This document shows positions 20,301 through 35,300 of a stretch of DNA of 64,000 nucleotides, piece by piece. Location: the NCBI GenBank assembly GCA_051362555.1, contig CM120642.1, positions 14,322,001 to 14,386,000 of the forward strand, read 5' to 3'. Origin of the DNA: Lingula anatina (lineage: Eukaryota; Animalia; Brachiopoda). Each line of letters opens with the position of its first letter. Position 1 is the first letter of the stretch. Below the pieces are notes generated by a model. The model saw only the letters and a program-made list of their open reading frames with translations, had not been told where the DNA came from and did no database searches. The translations under genes and the position numbers were made by a program.

Positions 20301-23300
20301 AAATTTCATTTTTTTGGGGTGGCGGGAATGGTAAATTGAAGAAATCTAATCCTGTTTTTCGTTTCTTTTTACAGGACAAAGAAGATGATGAGCGCCCCCA
20401 ACCGGACATGGACTTCACCCTTGGATTCAAGCTAAGGTTAGTAAATTTCATTTTTTGGGGGTGGGGGGATTAGTAAATTGAAGAAATCTAATCCTGTTTT
20501 TCGTTTCTTTTTACAGGACAAAGAAGATGATGAGCGCCCCTTCCCAGACATGGACTTCACACTTGGATGCAAGCTAAGGTTAGTAAATTTTATTTTATCG
20601 GGGTGGTGGGATGGGTAAATTGAATAAATCTAATCTTGTTTTTCATTTCTTTTTACAGGACGAAGAAGATGAAGTGAGACCCCAACCGGACATGGACTTC
20701 ACCCGTGGATCCAAGCTAAGGTAAGTAAATTTCATTTTTTTGGGGTGGCGGGAATGGTAAATTGAAGAAATCTAATCCTGTTTTTCTTTTCTTTTTACAG
20801 GATGAAGAAGATGATGAGGGACCCCACCCAGACATGGACTTCACTCTTGGATCAAAGTTAAGGTTAGTAAATTTCATTTTTTTTGGGGTGGTGGGATGGG
20901 TAAATTAAATAAATCTAATCTTCTTTTTCATTTCTTTTTACAGGACGAAGAAGATGAAGTGAGACCCCAACCGGACATGGACTTCACCCTTGGATCCAAG
21001 CTAAGGTAAGTAAATTTCATTTTTTGGGGGTGGCGGGAATGGTAAATTGAAGAAATCTAATCCTGTTTTTCGTTTCTTTTTACAGGACAAAGAAGATGAT
21101 GAGCGCCCCCAACCGGACATGGACTTCACCCTTGGATTCAAGCTAAGGTTAGTAAATTTCATTTTTTGGGGGTGGGGGGATTAGTAAATTGAAGAAATCT
21201 AATCCTGTTTGTCGTTTCTTTTTACAGGACAAAGAAGATGATGAGCGCCCCTACCCAGACATGGACTTCACACTTGGATCCAAGCTAAGGTTAGTAAATT
21301 TTATTTTTTTCGGGGTGGTGGGATGGGTAAATTGAAGAAATCTAATCTTGTTTTTCGTTTCTTTTTATAGGACGAAGAAGATGATGAGGAACCCCACCCG
21401 GACATGGACTTCACACTTGGATCCAAGCTAAGGTTAGTAAATTTCATTTTTTTGGGGTGGTGGGATGGGTAAATTGAAGAAATCTAATCTTGTTTTTCTT
21501 TTCTTTTTACCGGACGAAGAAGATGAAGTGAGACCCCAACCGGACATGGACTTCACCCTTGGATCCAAGCTAAGGTAAGTAAATTTCATTTTTTTGGGGT
21601 GGCGGGAATGGTAAATTGAAGAAATCTAATCCTGTTTTTCATTTCTTTTTACAGGACAAAGAACATGATGAGTGCCCCCAACCGGACATGGACTTCACCC
21701 TTGGATTCAAGCTAAGGTTAGTAAATTTCATTTTTTTGGGGTGGTGGGATTGGTAAATTGAAGAAATCTAATCTTGTTTTTCTTTTCTTTTTACAGGATG
21801 AAGAAGATGATGAGGGACCCCACCCAGACATGGACTTCACTCTTGGATCAAAGTTAAGGTTAGTAAATTTCATTTTTTTGGGGTGGTGGGATGGGTAAAT
21901 TGAAGAAATCTAATCTTGTTTTTCATTTCTTTTTACAGGACGAAGAAGATGAAGTGAGACCCCAACCGGACATGGACTTCACCCTTGGATCCAAGCTAAG
22001 GTAAGTAAATTTCATTTTTTTGGGGTGGTGGGAATGGTAAATTGAAGAAATCTAATCCTGTTTTTCGTTTCTTTTTACAGGACAAAGAAGATGTTGAGCG
22101 CCCCCAATCGGACATAGACTTCACCCTTGGATTCAAGCTAAGGTTAGTAAATTTCATTTTTTGGGGGTGGGGGGATTAGTAAATTGAAGAAATCTAATCC
22201 TGTTTTTCGTTTCTTTTTACAGGACAAAGAAGATGATGAGCGCCCCTACCCAGACATGGACTTCACACTTGGATCCAAGCTAAGGTTAGTAAATTTTATT
22301 TTTTCGGGGTGGTGGGATGGGTAAATTGAAGAAATCTAATCTTGTTTTTCGTTTCTTTTTATAGGACGAAGAAGATGATGAGGGACCCCACCCGGACATG
22401 GACTTCACATTTGGATCCAAGCTAAGGTTAGTAAATTTCATTTTTTTGGGGTGGTGGGATGGGTAAATTGAAGAAATCTAATGTTGTTTTTCTTTTCTTT
22501 TTACCGGACGAAGAAGATGAAGTGAGACCCCAACCGGACATGGACTTCACCCTTGGATCCAAGCTAAGGTAAGTAAATTTCATTTTTTGGGGTGGCGGGA
22601 ATGGTAAATTGAAGAAATCTAATCCTGTTTTTCGTTTCTTTTTACAGGACAAAGTACATGATGAGTGCCCCCAACCGGACATGGACTTCACCCTTGGATT
22701 CAAGCTAAGGTTAGTAAATTTCATTTTTTTGGGGTGGTGGGATTGGTAAATTGAAGAAATCTAATCTTGTTTTTCTTTTCTTTTTACAGGATGAAGAAGA
22801 TGATGAGGGACCCCACCCAGACATGGACTTCACTCTTGGATCAAAGTTAAGGTTAGTAAATTTCATTTTTTTGGGGTGGTGGGATGGGTAAATTGAAGAA
22901 ATCTAATCTTGTTTTTCATTTCTTTTTACAGGACGAAGAAGATGAAGTGAGACCCCAACCGGACATGGACTTCACCCTTGGATCCAAGCTAAGGTAAGTA
23001 AATTTCATTTTTTTGGGGTGGTGGGAATGGTAAATTGAAGAAATCTAATCCTGTTTTTCGTTTCTTTTTACAGGACAAAGAAGATGTTGAGCGCCCCCAA
23101 TCGGACATAGACTTCACCCTTGGATTCAAGCTAAGGTTAGTAAATTTCATTTTTTGGGGGTGGGGGGATTAGTAAATTGAAGAAATCTAATCCTGTTTTT
23201 CGTTTCTTTTTACAGGATGAAGAAGATGATGAGCTCTCCTACCCAGACATGGACTTCACACTTGGATCCAAGCTAAGGTTAGTAAATTTCATTTTTTTGG

Positions 23301-26300
23301 GGTGGTGGGATGGGTAAATTGAAGAAATCTAATCTTGTTTTTCGTTTCTTTTTATAGGACGAAGAAGATGATGAGGGACCCCACCCGGACATGGACTTCA
23401 CACTTGGATCCAAGCTAAGGTTAGTAAATTTCATTTTTTTGGGGTGGTGGGATGGGTAAATTGAAGAAATCTAATCTTGTTTTTCTTTTCTTTTTACAGG
23501 ATGAAGAAGATGATGAGGGACCCCACCCAGACATGGACTTCACTCTTGGATCCAAGTTAAGGTTAGTAAATTTCATTTTTTTGGGGTGGTGGGGTTGGTA
23601 AATTGAATAAATCTAATCTTGTTTTTCATTTCTTTTTACAGGATGAAGAAGATGAAGTGAGACCCCAACCGGACATGGACTTCACCCTTGGATCCAAGTT
23701 AAGGTAAGTAAATTTCATTTTTTTGGTGTGGCGGGAATGGTAAATTGAAGAAATCTAATCCTGTTTTTCGTTTCTTTTTACAGGACAAAGAAGATGATGA
23801 GCGCCCCCAACCGAACATGGACTTCACCCTTGGATTCAAGCTAAGGTTAGTAAATTTCATTTTTTGGGGGTGGGGGGATTAGTAAATTGAAGAAATCTAA
23901 TCCTGTTTTTCGTTTCTTTTTACAGGACAAAGAAGATGATGAACGCCCCTACCCAGACATGGACTTCACACTTGGATCCAAGCTAAGGTTAGTAAATTTT
24001 ATTTTATCGGGGTGGTGGGATGGGTAAATTGAAGAAATCTAATCTTGTTTTTCGTTTCTTTTTATAGGACGAAGAAGATGATGAGGGACCCCACCCGGAC
24101 ATGGATTTCACACTTGGATCCAAGCTAGGGTTAGTAAATTTCATTTTTTTGGGGTGGTGGGATGGGTAAATTGAAGAAATCTAATCTTGTTTTTCTTTTC
24201 TTTTTACAGGATGAAGAAGATGATGAGGGACCCCACCCAGACATGGACTTTACCCTTGGATCCAAGTTAAGGTTAGTAAATTTCATTTTTTTTGGGGTGG
24301 TGGGGTTGGTAAATTGAAGAAATCTAATCTTGTTTTTCATTTCTTTTTACATGACGAAGAAGATGAAGTGAGACCCCAACTGGACATGGACTTCACCCTT
24401 GGATCCAAACTAAGGTAAGTAAATTTCTTTTTTTTTTGGGGTGGCGGGAATGGTAAATTGAAGAAATCTAATCCTGTTTTTCGTTTCTTGTTACAGGACA
24501 AAGAAGATGATGAGCGCCCCTACCCAGACATGGACTTCACACTTGGATCCAAGCTAAGGTTAGTAAATTTTATTTTTTCGGGGTGGTGGGATGGGTAAAT
24601 TGAAGAAATCTAATCTTGTTTTTTGTTTCTTTTTATAGGACGAAGAAGATGATGAGGGACCCCACCCGGACATGGACTTCACACTTGGATCCAAGCTAAG
24701 GTTAGTAAATTTCATTTTTTTGGGGTGGTGGGATGGGTAAATTGAAGAAATCTAATCTTGTTTTTCTTTTCTTTTTACCGGACGAAGAAGATGAAGTGAG
24801 ACCCCAACCGGACATGGACTTCACCCTTAGATCCAAGCTAAGGTAAGTAAATTTCATTTTTTTGGGGTGGCGGGAATGGTAAATTGAAGAAATCTAATCT
24901 TGTTTTTCATTTCTTTTTACAGGATGAAGAAGATGAAGTGAGACCCCAACCGGACATGGACTTCACCCTTGGATCCAAGCTAAGGTAAGTAAATTTCATT
25001 TTTTTGGGGTGGCGGGAATGGTAAATTGAGGAAATCTAATCCTGTTTTTCGTTTCTTTTTACAGGACAAAGAAGATGATGAGCGCCCCCAACCGGACATG
25101 GACTTCACCCTTGGATTCAAGCTTAGGTTAGTAAATTTCATTTTTTGGGGTGGGGAGATTAGTAAATTGAAGAAATCTAATCCTGTTTTTCGTTTCTTTT
25201 TACAGGACAAAGAAGATGATGAGCGCCCCCACCCGGACATGGATTTCACACTTGGATCCAAGCTAGGGTTAGTAAATTTCATTTTTTTGGGGTGGTGGGA
25301 TGGGTAAATTGAAGAAATCTAATCTTGTTTTTCTTTTCTTTTTACAGGATGAAGAAGATGATGAGGGACCCCACCCAGACATGGACTTCACCCTTGGATC
25401 CAAGTTAAGGTTAGTAAATTTCATTTTTTTTTGGGGTGGCGGGAATGGTAAATTGAAGAAATCTAATCCTGTTTTTCGTTTCTTGTTACAGGACAAAGAA
25501 GATGAAGTGAGACCCCAACTGGACATGGACTTCACACTTGGATCCAAGCTAAGGTAAGTAAATTTCTTTTTTTTTGGGGTGGCGGGAATGGTAAATTGAA
25601 GAAATCTAATCCTGTTTTTCGTTTCTTGTTACAGGACAAAGAAGATGATGAGCGCCCCTACCCAGACATGGACTTCACACTTGGATCCAAGCTAAGGTTA
25701 GTAAATTTTATTTTTTCGGGGTGGTGGGATGGGTAAATTGAAGAAATCTAATCTTGTTTTTTGTTTCTTTTTATAGGACGAAGAAGATGATGAGGGACCC
25801 CACCCGGACATGGACTTCACACTTGGATCCAAGCTAAGGTTAGTAAATTTCATTTTTTTGGGGTGGTGGGATGGGTAAATTGAAGAAATCTCATCTTGTT
25901 TTTCTTTTCTTTTTACCGGACGAAGAAGATGAAGTGAGACCCCAACCGGACATGGACTTCACCCTTGGATCCAAGCTAAGGTAAGTAAATTTCATTTTTT
26001 TGGGGTGGCGGGAATGGTAAATTGAAGAAATCTAATCTTGTTTTTCATTTCTTTTTACAGGATGAAGAAGATGAAGTGAGACCCCAACCGGACATGGACT
26101 TCACCCTTGGATCCAAGCTAAGGTAAGTAAATTTCATTTTTTTGGGGTGGCGGGAATGGTAAATTGAGGAAATCTAATCCTGTTTTTCGTTTCTTTTTAC
26201 AGGACAAAGAAGATGATGAGCGCCCCCAACCGGACATGGACTTCACCCTTGGATTCAAGCTAAGGTTAGTAAATTTCATTTTTTGGGGGTGGGGGGATTA

Positions 26301-29300
26301 GTAAATTGAAGAAATCTAATCCTGTTTTTCGTTTCTTTTTACAGGAAAAAGAAGATGATGAGCGCCCCCACCCGGACATGGATTTCACACTTGGATCCAA
26401 GCTAGGGTTAGTAAATTTCATTTTTTTGGGGTGGTGGGATGGGTAAATTGAAGAAATCTAATCTTGTTTTTCTTTTCTTTTTACAGGATGAAGAAGATGA
26501 TGAGGGACCCCACCCAGACATGGACTTCACCCTTGGATCCAAGTTAAGGTTAGTAAATTTCATTTTTTTTTGGGGTGGCGGGAATGGTAAATTGAAGAAA
26601 TCTAATCCTGTTTTTCGTTTCTTGTTACAGGACAAAGAAGATGAAGTGAGACCCCAACTGGACATGGACTTCACACTTGGATCCAAGCTAAGGTAAGTAA
26701 ATTTCTTTTTTTTTTGGGGTGGCGGGAATGGTAAATTGAAGAAATCTAATCCTGTTTTTCGTTTCTTGTTACAGGACAAAGAAGATGATGAGCGCCCCTA
26801 CCCAGACATGGACTTCACACTTGGATCCAAGCTAAGGTTAGTAAATTTTATTTTTTCGGGGTGGTGGGATGGGTAAATTGAAGAAATCTAATCTTGTTTT
26901 TTGTTTCTTTTTATAGGACGAAGAAGATGATGAGGGACCCCACCCGGACATGGACTTCACACTTGGATCCAAGCTAAGGTTAGTAAATTTCATTTTTTTG
27001 GGGTGGTGGGATGGGTAAATTGAAGAAATCTCATCTTGTTTTTCTTTTCTTTTTACCGGACGAAGAAGATGAAGTGAGACCCCAACCGGACATGGACTTC
27101 ACCCTTGGATCCAAGCTAAGGTAAGTAAATTTCATTTTTTTGGGGTGGCGGGAATGGTAAATTGAAGAAATCTAATCTTGTTTTTCATTTCTTTTTACAG
27201 GATGAAGAAGATGAAGTGAGACCCCAACCGGACATGGACTTCACCCTTGGATCCAAACTAAGGTAAGTAAATTTCATTTTTTTGGGGTGGCGGGAATGGT
27301 AAATTGAGGAAATCTAATCCTGTTTTTCGTTTCTTTTTACAGGACAAAGAAGATGATGAGCGCCCCCAACCGGACATGGACTTCACCCTTGGATTCAAGC
27401 TAAGGTTAGTAAATTTCATTTTTTGGGGGTGGGGGGATTAGTAAATTGAAGAAATCTAATCCTGTTTTTCGTTTCTTTTTACAGGAAAAAGAAGATGATG
27501 AGCGCCCCTTCCCAGACATGGACTTCACACTTGGATCCAAGCTAAGGTTAGTAAATTTTATTTTATCGGGGTGGTGGGATGGGTAAATTAAATAAAACTA
27601 ATCTTGTTTTTCATTTCTTTTTACAGGACAAAGAAGATGAAGTGAGACCCCAACCGGACATGGACTTCACCCTTGGATCCAAGCTAAGGTAAGTAAATTT
27701 CATTTTTTTGGGGTGGCGGGAATGGTAAATTGAAGAAATCTAATCTTGTTTTTCATTTCTTTTTACAGGATGAAGAAGATGAAGTGAGACCCCAACCGGA
27801 CATGGACTTCACCCTTGGATCCAAGCTAAGGTAAGTAAATTTCATTTTTTTGGGGTGGCGGGAATGGTAAATTGAGGAAATCTAATCCTGTTTTTCGTTT
27901 CTTTTTACAGGACAAAGAAGATGATGAGCGCCCCCAACCGGACATGGACTTCACCCTTGGATTCAAGCTAAGGTTAGTAAATTTCATTTTTTGGGGGTGG
28001 GGGGATTAGTAAATTGAAGAAATCTAATCCTGTTTTTCGTTTCTTTTTACAGGACAAAGAAGATGATGAGCGCCCCCAACCGGACATGGACTTCACCCTT
28101 GGATTCAAGCTAAGGTTAGTAAATTTCATTTTTTCGGGGTGGGGAGATTAGTAAATTGAAGAAATCTAATCCTGTTTTTCGTTTCTTTTTACAGGACAAA
28201 GAAGATGATGAGCGCCCCCAACCGGACATGGACTTCACCCTTGGATTCAAGCTAAGGTTAGTAAATTTCATTTTTTGGGGGTGGGGGGATTAGTAAATTG
28301 AAGAAATCTAATCCTGTTTTTCGTTTCTTTTTACAGGACAAAGAACATGATGAGTGCCCCCAACCGGACATGGACTTCACCCTTGGATTCAAGCTAAGGT
28401 TAGTAAATTTCATTTTTTTGGGGTGGTGGGATGGGTAAATTGAAGAAATCTAATCCTGTTTTTCGTTTCTTTTTACAGGACAAAGAAGATGTTGAGCGCC
28501 CCCAATCGGACTTAGACTTCACCCTTGGATTCAAGCTAAGGTTAGTAAATTTCATTTTTTGGGGGTGGGGGGATTAGTAAATTGAAGAAATCTAATCCTG
28601 TTTTTCGTTTCTTTTTACAGGATGAAGAAGATGATGAACGCCCCTACCCAGACATGGACTTCACACTTGGATCCAAGCTAAGGTTAGTAAATTTTATTTT
28701 ATCGGGGTGGTGGGATGGGTAAATTGAAGAAATCTAATCTTGTTTTTCGTTTCTTTTTATAGGACGAAGAAGATGATGAGGGACCCCACCCGGACATGGA
28801 TTTCACACTTGGATCCAAGCTAGGGTTAGTAAATTTCATTTTTTTTGGGGTGGTGGGATGGGTAAATTGAAGAAATCTAATCTTGTTTTTCTTTTCTTTT
28901 TACAGGATGAAGAAGATGATGAGGGACCCCACCCAGACATGGACTTCACCCTTGGATCCAAGTTAAGGTTAGTAAATTTCATTTTTTTGGGGTGGTGGGA
29001 TGGGTAAATTGAAGAAATCTAATCTTGTTTTTCTTTTCTTTTTACCGGACGAAGAAGATGAAGTGAGACCCCAACCGGACATGGACTTCACCCTTGGATC
29101 CAAGCTAAGGTTAGTAAATTTCATTTTTTTGGTGTGGCGGGAATGGTAAATTGAAGAAATCTAATCTTGTTTTTCATTTCTTTTTACAGGATGAAGAAGA
29201 TGAAGTGAGACCCCAACCGGACATGGACTTCACCCTTGGATCCAAGCTAAGGTAAGTAAATTTCATTTTTTTGGGTTGGCGGGAATGGTAAATTGAAGAA

Positions 29301-32300
29301 ATCTAATCCTGTTTTTCGTTTCTTTTTACAGGACAAAGAAGATGATGAGCGCCCCCAACCGGACATGGACTTCACCCTTGGATTCAAGCTAAGGTTAGTA
29401 AATTTCATTTTTTGGGGGTGGGGGGATTAGTAAATTGAAGAAATCTAATCCTGTTTTTCGTTTCTTTTTACAGGACAAAGAAGATGATGAGCGCCCCTTC
29501 CCAGACATGGACTTCACACTTGGATCCAAGCTAAGGTTAGTAAATTTTATTTTATCGGGGTGGTGGGATGGGTAAATTAAATAAATCTAATCTTGTTTTT
29601 CATTTCTTTTTACAGGACAAAGAAGATGAAGTGAGACCCCAACCGGACATGGACTTCACCCATGGATCCAAGCTAAGGTAAGTAAATTTCATTTTTTTGG
29701 GGTGGCGGAAATGGTAAATTGAAGAAATCTAATCCTGTTTTTCGTTTCTTTTTACAGGACAAAGAAGATGATGAGCGCCCCCAACCGGACATGGACTTCA
29801 CCCTTGGATTCAAGCTAAGGTTAGTAAATTTCATTTTTTGGGGTGGGGAGATTAGTAAATTGAAGAAATCTAATCCTGTTTTTCGTTTCTTTTTACAGGA
29901 CAAAGAAGATGATGAGCGCCCCTACCCAGACATGGACTTCACACTTGGATCCAAGCTAAGGTTAGTAAATTTTATTTTTTCGGGGTGGTGGGATGGGTAA
30001 ATTGAAGAAATCTAATCTTGTTTTTCGTTTCTTTTTATAGGACGAAGAAGATGATGAGGGACCCCACCCGGACATGGACTTCACACTTGGATCCAAGCTA
30101 AGGTTAGTAAATTTCATTTTTTTGGGGTGGTGGGATGGGTAAATTGAAGAAATCTAATCTTGTTTTTCTTTTCTTTTTACAGGATGAAGAAGATGATGAG
30201 GGACCCCACCCAGACATGGACTTCACTCTTGGATCCAAGTTAAGGTTAGTAAATTTCATTTTTTTGGGGTGGTGGGGTTGGTAAATTGAATAAATCTAAT
30301 CTTGTTTTTCATTTCTTTTTACAGGATGAAAAAGATGAAGTGAGACCCCAACCGGACATGGACTTCACCCTTGGATTCAAGCTAAGGTTAGTAAATTTCA
30401 TTTTTTGGGGGTGGGGGGATTAGTAAATTGAAGAAATCTAATCCTGTTTTTTGTTTCTTTTTACAGGACAAAGAAGATGATGAGCGCCCCTTCCCAGACA
30501 TGGACTTCACACTTGGATCCAAGCTAAGGTTAGTAAATTTTATTTTAACGGGGTGGTGGGATGGGTAAATTAAATAAATCTAATTTTATTTTTTATTTCT
30601 TTTTACAGGACAAAGAAGATGATGAGCGCCCCCAACCGGACATGGACTTCACCCTTGGATCCAAGCTAAGGTAAGTAAATTTCATTTTTTGGGGGTGGCG
30701 GGAATGGTAAATTGAAGAAATCTAATCCTGTTTTACGTTTCTTTTTACAGGACAAAGAAGATGATGAGCGCCCCCAACCGGACATGGACTTCACCCTTGG
30801 ATTCAAGCTAAGGTTAGTAAATTTCATTTTTTGGGGGTGGGGGGATTAGTAAATTGAAGAAATCTAATCCTGTTTGTCGTTTCTTTTTACAGGACAAAAA
30901 AGATGATGAACGCCCCTACCCAGACATGGACTTCACACTTGGATCCAAGCTAAGGTTAGTAAATTTTATTTTATCGGGGTGGTGGGATGGGTAAATTGAA
31001 GAAATCTAATCTTGTTTTTCGTTTCTTTTTATAGGACGAAGAAGATGATTAGGGACCCCACCCGGACATGGATTTCACACTTGGATCCAAGCTAAGGTTA
31101 GTAAATTTCATTTTTTTGGGGTGGTGGCATGGGTAAATTGAAGAAATCTAATCTTGTTTTTCTTTTCTTTTTACCGGACGAAGAAGATGAAGTGAGACCC
31201 CAACCGGACATGGACTTCACCCTTGGATCCAAGCTAAGGTAAGTAAATTTCATTTTTTTGGGGTGGCGGGAATGGTAAATTGAAGAAATCTAATCCTGTT
31301 TTTCGTTTCTTTTTACAGGACAAAGAACATGATGAGTGCCCCCAACCGGACATGGATTTCACCCTTGGATTCAAGCTAAGGTTAGTAAATTTCATTTTTT
31401 GGGGGTGGGGGGATTAGTAAATTGAAGAAATCTAATCCTGTTTTTTGTTTCTTTTTACAGGATGAAGAAGATGATGAGCTCTCCTACCCAGACATGGACT
31501 TCACACTTGGATCCAAGCTAAGGTTAGTAAATTTCATTTTTTTGGGGTGTTGGGATGGGTAAATTGAAGAAATCTAATCTTGTTTTTTGTTTCTTTTTAT
31601 AGGACGAAGAAGATGATGAGGGACCCCACCCGGACATGGACTTCACACTTGGATCCAAGCTAAGGTTAGTAAATTTCATTTTTTTGGGGTGGTGGGATGG
31701 GTAAATTGAAGAAATCTAATCTTGTTTTTCTTTTCTTTTTACAGGATGAAGAAGATGATGAGGGACCCCACCCAGACATGGACTTCACTCTTGGATCCAA
31801 GTTAAGGTTAGTAAATTTCATTTTTTTGGGGTGGTGGGGTTGGTAAATTGAATAAATCTAATCTTGTTTTTCATTTCTTTTTACAGGATGAAGAAGATGA
31901 AGTGAGACCCCAACCGGACATGGACTTCACCCTTGGATCCAAGTTAAGGTAAGTAAATTTCATTTTTTTGGTGTGGCGGGAATGGTAAATTGAAGAAATC
32001 TAATCCTGTTTTTCGTTTCTTTTTACAAGACAAAGAAGATGATGAGCGCCCCCAACCGGACAAGGACTTCACCCTTGGATTCAAGCTAAGGTTAGTAAAT
32101 TTCATTTTTTGGGGGTGGGGGGATTAGTAAATTGAAGAAATCTAATCCTGTTTTTCGTTTCTTTTTACAGGACAAAGAAGATGATGAGCGCCCCCAACCG
32201 GACATGGACTTCACCCTTGGATTCAAGCTAAGGTTAGTAAATTTCATTTTTTCGGGGTGGGGAGATTAGTAAATTGAAGAAATCTAATCCTGTTTTTCGT

Positions 32301-35300
32301 TTCTTTTTACAGGACAAAGAAGATGATGAGCGCCCCCAACCGGACATGGACTTCACCCTTGGATTCAAGCTAAGGTTAGTAAATTTCATTTTTTGGGGGT
32401 GGGGGGATTAGTAAATTGAAGAAATCTAATCCTGTTTTTCGTTTCTTTTTACAGGACAAAGAACATGATGAGTGCCCCCAACCGGACATGGACTTCACCC
32501 TTGGATTCAAGCTAAGGTTAGTAAATTTCATTTTTTTGGGGTGGTGGGATGGGTAAATTGAAGAAATCTAATCCTGTTTTTCGTTTCTTTTTACAGGACA
32601 AAGAAGATGTTGAGCGCCCCCAATCGGACTTAGACTTCACCCTTGGATTCAAGCTAAGGTTAGTAAATTTCATTTTTTGGGGGTGGGGGGATTAGTAAAT
32701 TGAAGAAATCTAATCCTGTTTTTCGTTTCTTTTTACAGGATGAAGAAGATGATGAACGCCCCTACCCAGACATGGACTTCACACTTGGATCCAAGCTAAG
32801 GTTAGTAAATTTTATTTTATCGGGGTGGTGGGATGGGTAAATTGAAGAAATCTAATCTTGTTTTTCGTTTCTTTTTATAGGACGAAGAAGATGATGAGGG
32901 ACCCCACCCGGACATGGACTTCACCCTTGGATCCAAGCTAAGGTTAGTAAATTTCATTTTTTTGGTGTGGCGGGAATGGTAAATTGAAGAAATCTAATCT
33001 TGTTTTTCATTTCTTTTTACAGGATGAAGAAGATGAAGTGAGACCCCAACCGGACATGGACTTCACCCTTGGATCCAAGCTAAGGTAAGTAAATTTCATT
33101 TTTTTGGGTTGGCGGGAATGGTAAATTGAAGAAATCTAATCCTGTTTTTCGTTTCTTTTTACAGGACAAAGAAGATGATGAGCGCCCCCAACCGGACATG
33201 GACTTCACCCTTGGATTCAAGCTAAGGTTAGTAAATTTCATTTTTTGGGGGTGGGGGGATTAGTAAATTGAAGAAATCTAATCCTGTTTTTCGTTTCTTT
33301 TTACAGGACAAAGAAGATGATGAGCGCCCCTTCCCAGACATGGACTTCACACTTGGATCCAAGCTAAGGTTAGTAAATTTTATTTTATCGGGGTGGTGGG
33401 ATGGGTAAATTAAATAAATCTAATCTTGTTTTTCATTTCTTTTTACAGGACAAAGAAGATGAAGTGAGACCCCAACCGGACATGGACTTCACCCATGGAT
33501 CCAAGCTAAGGTAAGTAAATTTCATTTTTTTGGGGTGGCGGAAATGGTAAATTGAAGAAATCTAATCCTGTTTTTCGTTTCTTTTTACAGGACAAAGAAG
33601 ATGATGAGCGCCCCCAACCGGACATGGACTTCACCCTTGGATTCAAGCTAAGGTTAGTAAATTTCATTTTTTGGGGTGGGGAGATTAGTAAATTGAAGAA
33701 ATCTAATCCTGTTTTTCGTTTCTTTTTACAGGACAAAGAAGATGATGAGCGCCCCTACCCAGACATGGACTTCACACTTGGATCCAAGCTAAGGTTAGTA
33801 AATTTTATTTTTTCGGGGTGGTGGGATGGGTAAATTGAAGAAATCTAATCTTGTTTTTCGTTTCTTTTTATAGGACGAAGAAGATGATGAGGGACCCCAC
33901 CCGGACATGGACTTCACACTTGGATCCAAGCTAAGGTTAGTAAATTTCATTTTTTTGGGGTGGTGGGATGGGTAAATTGAAGAAATCTAATCTTGTTTTT
34001 CTTTTCTTTTTACAGGATGAAGAAGATGATGAGGGACCCCACCCAGACATGGACTTCACTCTTGGATCCAAGTTAAGGTTAGTAAATTTCATTTTTTTGG
34101 GGTGGTGGGGTTGGTAAATTGAATAAATCTAATCTTGTTTTTCATTTCTTTTTACAGGATGAAAAAGATGAAGTGAGACCCCAACCGGACATGGACTTCA
34201 CCCTTGGATTCAAGCTAAGGTTAGTAAATTTCATTTTTTGGGGGTGGGGGGATTAGTAAATTGAAGAAATCTAATCCTGTTTTTTGTTTCTTTTTACAGG
34301 ACAAAGAAGATGATGAGCGCCCCTTCCCAGACATGGACTTCACACTTGGATCCAAGCTAAGGTTAGTAAATTTTATTTTAACGGGGTGGTGGGATGGGTA
34401 AATTAAATAAATCTAATTTTATTTTTTATTTCTTTTTACAGGACAAAGAAGATGATGAGCGCCCCCAACCGGACATGGACTTCACCCTTGGATCCAAGCT
34501 AAGGTAAGTAAATTTCATTTTTTGGGGGTGGCGGGAATGGTAAATTGAAGAAATCTAATCCTGTTTTACGTTTCTTTTTACAGGACAAAGAAGATGATGA
34601 GCGCCCCCAACCGGACATGGACTTCACCCTTGGATTCAAGCTAAGGTTAGTAAATTTCATTTTTTGGGGGTGGGGGGATTAGTAAATTGAAGAAATCTAA
34701 TCCTGTTTGTCGTTTCTTTTTACAGGACAAAAAAGATGATGAACGCCCCTACCCAGACATGGACTTCACACTTGGATCCAAGCTAAGGTTAGTAAATTTT
34801 ATTTTATCGGGGTGGTGGGATGGGTAAATTGAAGAAATCTAATCTTGTTTTTCGTTTCTTTTTATAGGACGAAGAAGATGATTAGGGACCCCACCCGGAC
34901 ATGGATTTCACACTTGGATCCAAGCTAAGGTTAGTAAATTTCATTTTTTTGGGGTGGTGGCATGGGTAAATTGAAGAAATCTAATCTTGTTTTTCTTTTC
35001 TTTTTACCGGACGAAGAAGATGAAGTGAGACCCCAACCGGACATGGACTTCACCCTTGGATCCAAGCTAAGGTAAGTAAATTTCATTTTTTTGGGGTGGC
35101 GGGAATGGTAAATTGAAGAAATCTAATCCTGTTTTTCGTTTCTTTTTACAGGACAAAGAACATGATGAGTGCCCCCAACCGGACATGGATTTCACCCTTG
35201 GATTCAAGCTAAGGTTAGTAAATTTCATTTTTTGGGGGTGGGGGGATTAGTAAATTGAAGAAATCTAATCCTGTTTTTTGTTTCTTTTTACAGGATGAAG